64,000 bases of DNA. Origin: Mobula hypostoma (Eukaryota). A program made the translations under genes and the position numbers. This document shows positions 60,560 through 64,000 of the stretch, in pieces; the stretch's first letter is position 1, and each line of letters starts with the position of its first letter. The notes under the pieces were generated by a model, which saw nothing but the letters and a program-made list of their open reading frames with translations, was not told the origin of the DNA and searched no databases. Location of the stretch: contig NC_086107.1 in NCBI RefSeq assembly GCF_963921235.1, positions 95,356,001 to 95,420,000 of the forward strand. The letters run 5' to 3'.

Positions 60560-61965
60560 CTTTAAAAAAAAAATTCACAGCTGAATCAAAAGTTACAGCA
60601 GCCATCCTGCAATCACTGTTTACTATAATCTGGGAACAGGGACAAGTATCCAAGGACTGGACCAAGGGAGTTATTGTTAGGATTCCCAAGAAAGGAGTGC
60701 TGTGATTGCATCAGCTGGTGTGGCATCACACTTTTGTCAGTGCCCAGCAAGATTCTCGCGAAAGATTTGTCCAATGGATTACAGATACTGTTAATGTGTG
60801 CCTGAGGAAGGGGCAAGCTGGCTTCAGAAGGAACAGAGGGTGTGTCAACCAGATCTTCTCATTGCGTAACATCATAAAGCAGTGCCAGAGACAATTGTAT
60901 GTGAATTTGTGGATTTCGAAAAGGCTTTTGATTGCATCCATACAGAGAGCCTCTGGCGAATTCTCAGATCATATGGGATCCCTTCCAAAGTTGTCCAGCT
61001 CATCCAGAGTTTCTGTGCTAATTTCGCCTGCACAGTTGGGGACTACAATTGAAGTCGACAGGAGTTCAGGCAAGGCTATGTGATGTCAGTGGTATTGCTT
61101 AACCTGGTTATTGACTGGGTTATGAAGTAAACAATGAAAGATAAGCAGAGGTATTAAGTAGACTCTATTCTCTACTTTAGAACCCCTTGACTTTGCAGAT
61201 AACCTTGCATTGCTACTACATACATACTAAGACATACAAGAGAGAACTCATTGCCTGTGACCCTTTGGTGGACAGGTTGGCCTAAGTCAGCCAGAAAAAG
61301 AATGAGACCATGGCCCTCAATATTACTCTCCTCCTCTCATCAAGGCATATAGTGTCGACTTACGCAGCACCGGCAGATTCACCTACTTGGGTAGCATCAT
61401 TTGCAGGATGGTGGGACCAAGGCTGACATCCAGTGCAGGTTCAGCAAAGATAGAAATGTTTTCAGATCAATGAGCAACATATGGGGATCAACCAAGTACA
61501 GTGTCCACACCAAGGTGAAACTGGCCCAGAGCTGTGTTCTGTCCGCATTCTTGTACAGGTTAGAATACTGGCGTTGACAGAGAATGAGCTTGCCAAGCTG
61601 TCATCATTCCACACCATCAGCTTCCGGAAGATCCTTCAAATTTTCTGGCCAAGGAAGGTCTCCAACCACATCATACTCCTTCAGTGTCATCAAGAGGACA
61701 CAACTACAATCATCATGAGGAAATGTTGGAGATGAATTGGGCATGTGATGAGAAGAGAGGCCAACCTCATCTTCAGGACAGCACTTTATTGAGAGGGCAG
61801 AGGAAATACGAGACACCGAAGACAACTTGGCGCTGTATTTGTAGAGGCAGAAATAAGGACCTTGAACCACACCTAAGGCACATTAGAGAAGATGACCAAA
61901 GACAGACGGAGATGGAGGACCTTCATTTCTGCCCTAACTGCCAGCAGTGTAATGGGCAGTAACTA
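60560..61965 (+). mobile_element. Decayed RTE-clade LINE (RT and 3' end)
   Basis: WTKGVIVRIPKKG..GITLLSVPSKI; LRKGQAGFRRNRGCVNQIFSLRNII; gactttgcagat (FAD motif); cagtaactaac tail. Confidence 0.8.
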
Positions 61966-62242
61966 ACATGAATGGGAAGGGCATGGAGGACTATGGTCTG
62001 GTGCACGCCAATGATTTGGCTTGGACTAGATGGGCCAAAGGGCCAGTTTCAGTGCTGTAGTGTTCTGTGACCCCATGACCCAAATGGATACTGAGTTTCT
62101 CCAGCAGACTGTTTGTTGCCCTAATAATATTTATCAGCCCTTAATGCCAAAATTACTGTAATCAGCTATTGAGAATTGAATCTAAGATTTGAGAATTTGG
62201 CATTCTGTCAGTAAAATTGTGAGTGCTTCTATTTTCTTGCAG

Positions 62243-62326
62243 GAAACTGATGATATAACTGGAGATACAATCCTTTCAGAGAGGGAAGTTATTGAGGAAG
62301 ATGATGACGATTTCCCTGAAAAAAGG
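62243..62326 (+). CDS. Acidic preproprotein, exon 3 (84 nt): ETDDITGDTILSEREVIEEDDDDFPEKR; gene probably continues beyond the window
   Basis: cttctattttcttgcag| acceptor, phase 0; AGG|gtttgt donor (weaker). Confidence 0.68.
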
Positions 62327-62754
62327 GTTTGTAAACCAGAATCATTTATGATGAGCAGTAATTTATATTCAATGTAGTAGTCTCATCCAATGAATACTTT
62401 GAGGTGTGTTGAGTGCTGGCTATTGATTACCTTGTTTAATCTTTATAAGCTTCTTTGACATTAAAAACCACTTCATTTATAGTGGAAAGTCTATTTAAAA
62501 CTATGTTCATATTCCAGACCAGTGAATAATGAATAAATCCTCCTTCTCAGTAATCTGTATTTTTAATAAATAGTTTAAGAATACAAAGCTTATTTTAGAT
62601 ATATATTAACAATTAATGTGAGATTCTAAGGTCACCCACTTTTAACTTTTTATTGTAATATTATGTCTTATTTGTTATCTTAAAATTTCTTGATTTTAAA
62701 CAACCACTCTCTGAAGATGGAGCTTCTCCAAAATTTACTGCCTGTATCTCACTT

Positions 62755-63095
62755 GTTTACTTACTGCCTGTAATGCCACTGGCATTTAGGGCAGCAATGA
62801 AGGTCCTTGGCCATCTTCTCTATTGTGCCCCAAGTGTGATTCAAGGTCAGCCATGCAAGGAGACTGATGCACGCAGATGTAGAAGGATTCTTCGTTGAAG
62901 TTTCTGTAACAATTTTAGTTGACCAGTCTGAGTTGTTAGCCTTGAGTTGAACCCCCAAACCTGAAGGACCGGTGGTCCACTTTGTCCAGATCCTCTACCC
63001 TTTGACCTATTTGGTATGGGTGATCCTGCCAAGAGCTAAAGCATAAAGCCCCGACTCCAGCCAGCATGGCTCTCCGGGTCATTGAGGCACGCAAG
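62755..63095 (-). mobile_element. Short RTE-derived element (3' end joined to a 5' region)
   Basis: TLNHTWGTIEKMAKD..HCCPKCQW, similar to 61860-61960. Confidence 0.6.
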
Positions 63096-63463
63096 CACCT
63101 TCTTTTCTGTAATCCAGGTACATTCCATTACCTCACTACTCTTTTGCCACAGTTCTTTAGACCATCGACCTGTCTCCCAAGCAAATAAAGATGCAAAAGT
63201 TTCATTTAAGATCTCCCTCATTTCTTTGTGCTTCTTGCATAGATGACCTCACTGGTCTTCAAGATCAATTTTGTGCCTTGATATCGTTTTGCTCTTAATA
63301 TATCTATAGAAGCTTCTGGGAATCTCCGTCACCTTGTCTACCATAGAAACCTCATGCCCTCTTTTAGCCCTCCTGATTTCTCCTTTAAGTGTTCTCTTGC
63401 ATTTCTTATACTCCTTGAGTGCCTCATTTTAATTTATTTGGAAGGAAATAATTCTGTTAGAGA

Positions 63464-63537
63464 ATGGGAAAAGCGAGCCTTTAATTCAAGTTGGATTAGA
63501 TGGGAAAAGCGAGCCTTTAATTCAAGTTGGATTAGAT
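63464..63537. repeat. Exact ~36-bp tandem duplication (atgggaaaagcgagcctttaattcaagttggattag)
   Basis: Two adjacent copies. Confidence 0.85.
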
Positions 63538-64000
63538 AAATGATCTTTTGGTATGTTTGGAGCTTAGAGGAAAGCAGGTCCACTGATAGACAATGGAGGG
63601 GATTTACTCTGGGAGCCAGAGGAAGTGGGTGACGTGCTTAATGAGTACCTAATATAAGTATTCAGCAAGGGGAAGGACATGAATATTGGTTAGATCAATG
63701 ACATGTAAGTTGATATTGAAGGGCAAGCTGATAAAGACAGAGAAATACAGCATGGAAACAAGGCCCTTCAGCTCAGAATGTCCATGCCAACCAAAGCATT
63801 CTCCCTGTTAGTCCCAGTTACCTGTGTTCAGCTCATAACCCTCCAATCCTCTCCCCTCCAAATGTCTCATGTTGCAATTCAACCACTTCCTGTGGTAGCT
63901 CATTATTCCTGTGGCAGATGCAGCATGAATTCAACAAAGACAGGTCCTGTTTGACAAACTTACTGGAGTTCTTTGAGGATATATTCTCTGGCTATCCATC

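Noticed and set aside
53801-62326. Naming the acidic protein as MMP25 (human BICDL2 neighbour), spexin or an SCPP
   Set aside because: No MMP propeptide motifs, no NWTPQ/NWGPQ core and no clear SxE cluster; identity left open.

Overview
Repeat-rich vertebrate genomic DNA. The repeat landscape (CR1 and Rex1 LINEs, Penelope-like elements with minimal hammerhead motifs, HE1-type SINEs, L1, RTE, Gypsy solo LTRs) points to a cartilaginous fish, probably a ray (inference). Most ORFs in the track are transposon fragments or low-complexity noise. Reading splice sites by hand reveals four genes. (1) A coding exon of BICDL2 on the minus strand (3358-3624). (2) A complete six-exon galanin-family gene on the minus strand (about 37740-48175) encoding a 114-aa precursor, MWRGLSLTRTSLILCGLTMGCFGFILM-PKEGR-GWTLNSAGYLLGPDAANGHRLLMDRPGLA-GKR plus a GMAP-like tail. 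It has the galanin exon layout but a GALP-like non-dibasic N-terminal site, His14->Asp, and a non-GAL neighbour, so it is probably a second galanin paralogue or GALP orthologue. (3) An unidentified minus-strand secreted-peptide gene: a putative non-coding exon at about 30101-30270 and a signal-peptide exon at 24903-25018 ending in phase 2, as in PTH, calcitonin and adrenomedullin genes. Its mature-peptide exon could not be established. (4) The first three phase-0 exons of a plus-strand, strongly acidic secreted preproprotein (53801-62326, ending ...DDDDFPEKR). Together these look like a small cluster of peptide or secreted-precursor genes hidden among repeats. Repeat boundaries are approximate unless a target-site duplication (TSD) or terminal inverted repeat (TIR) is quoted.
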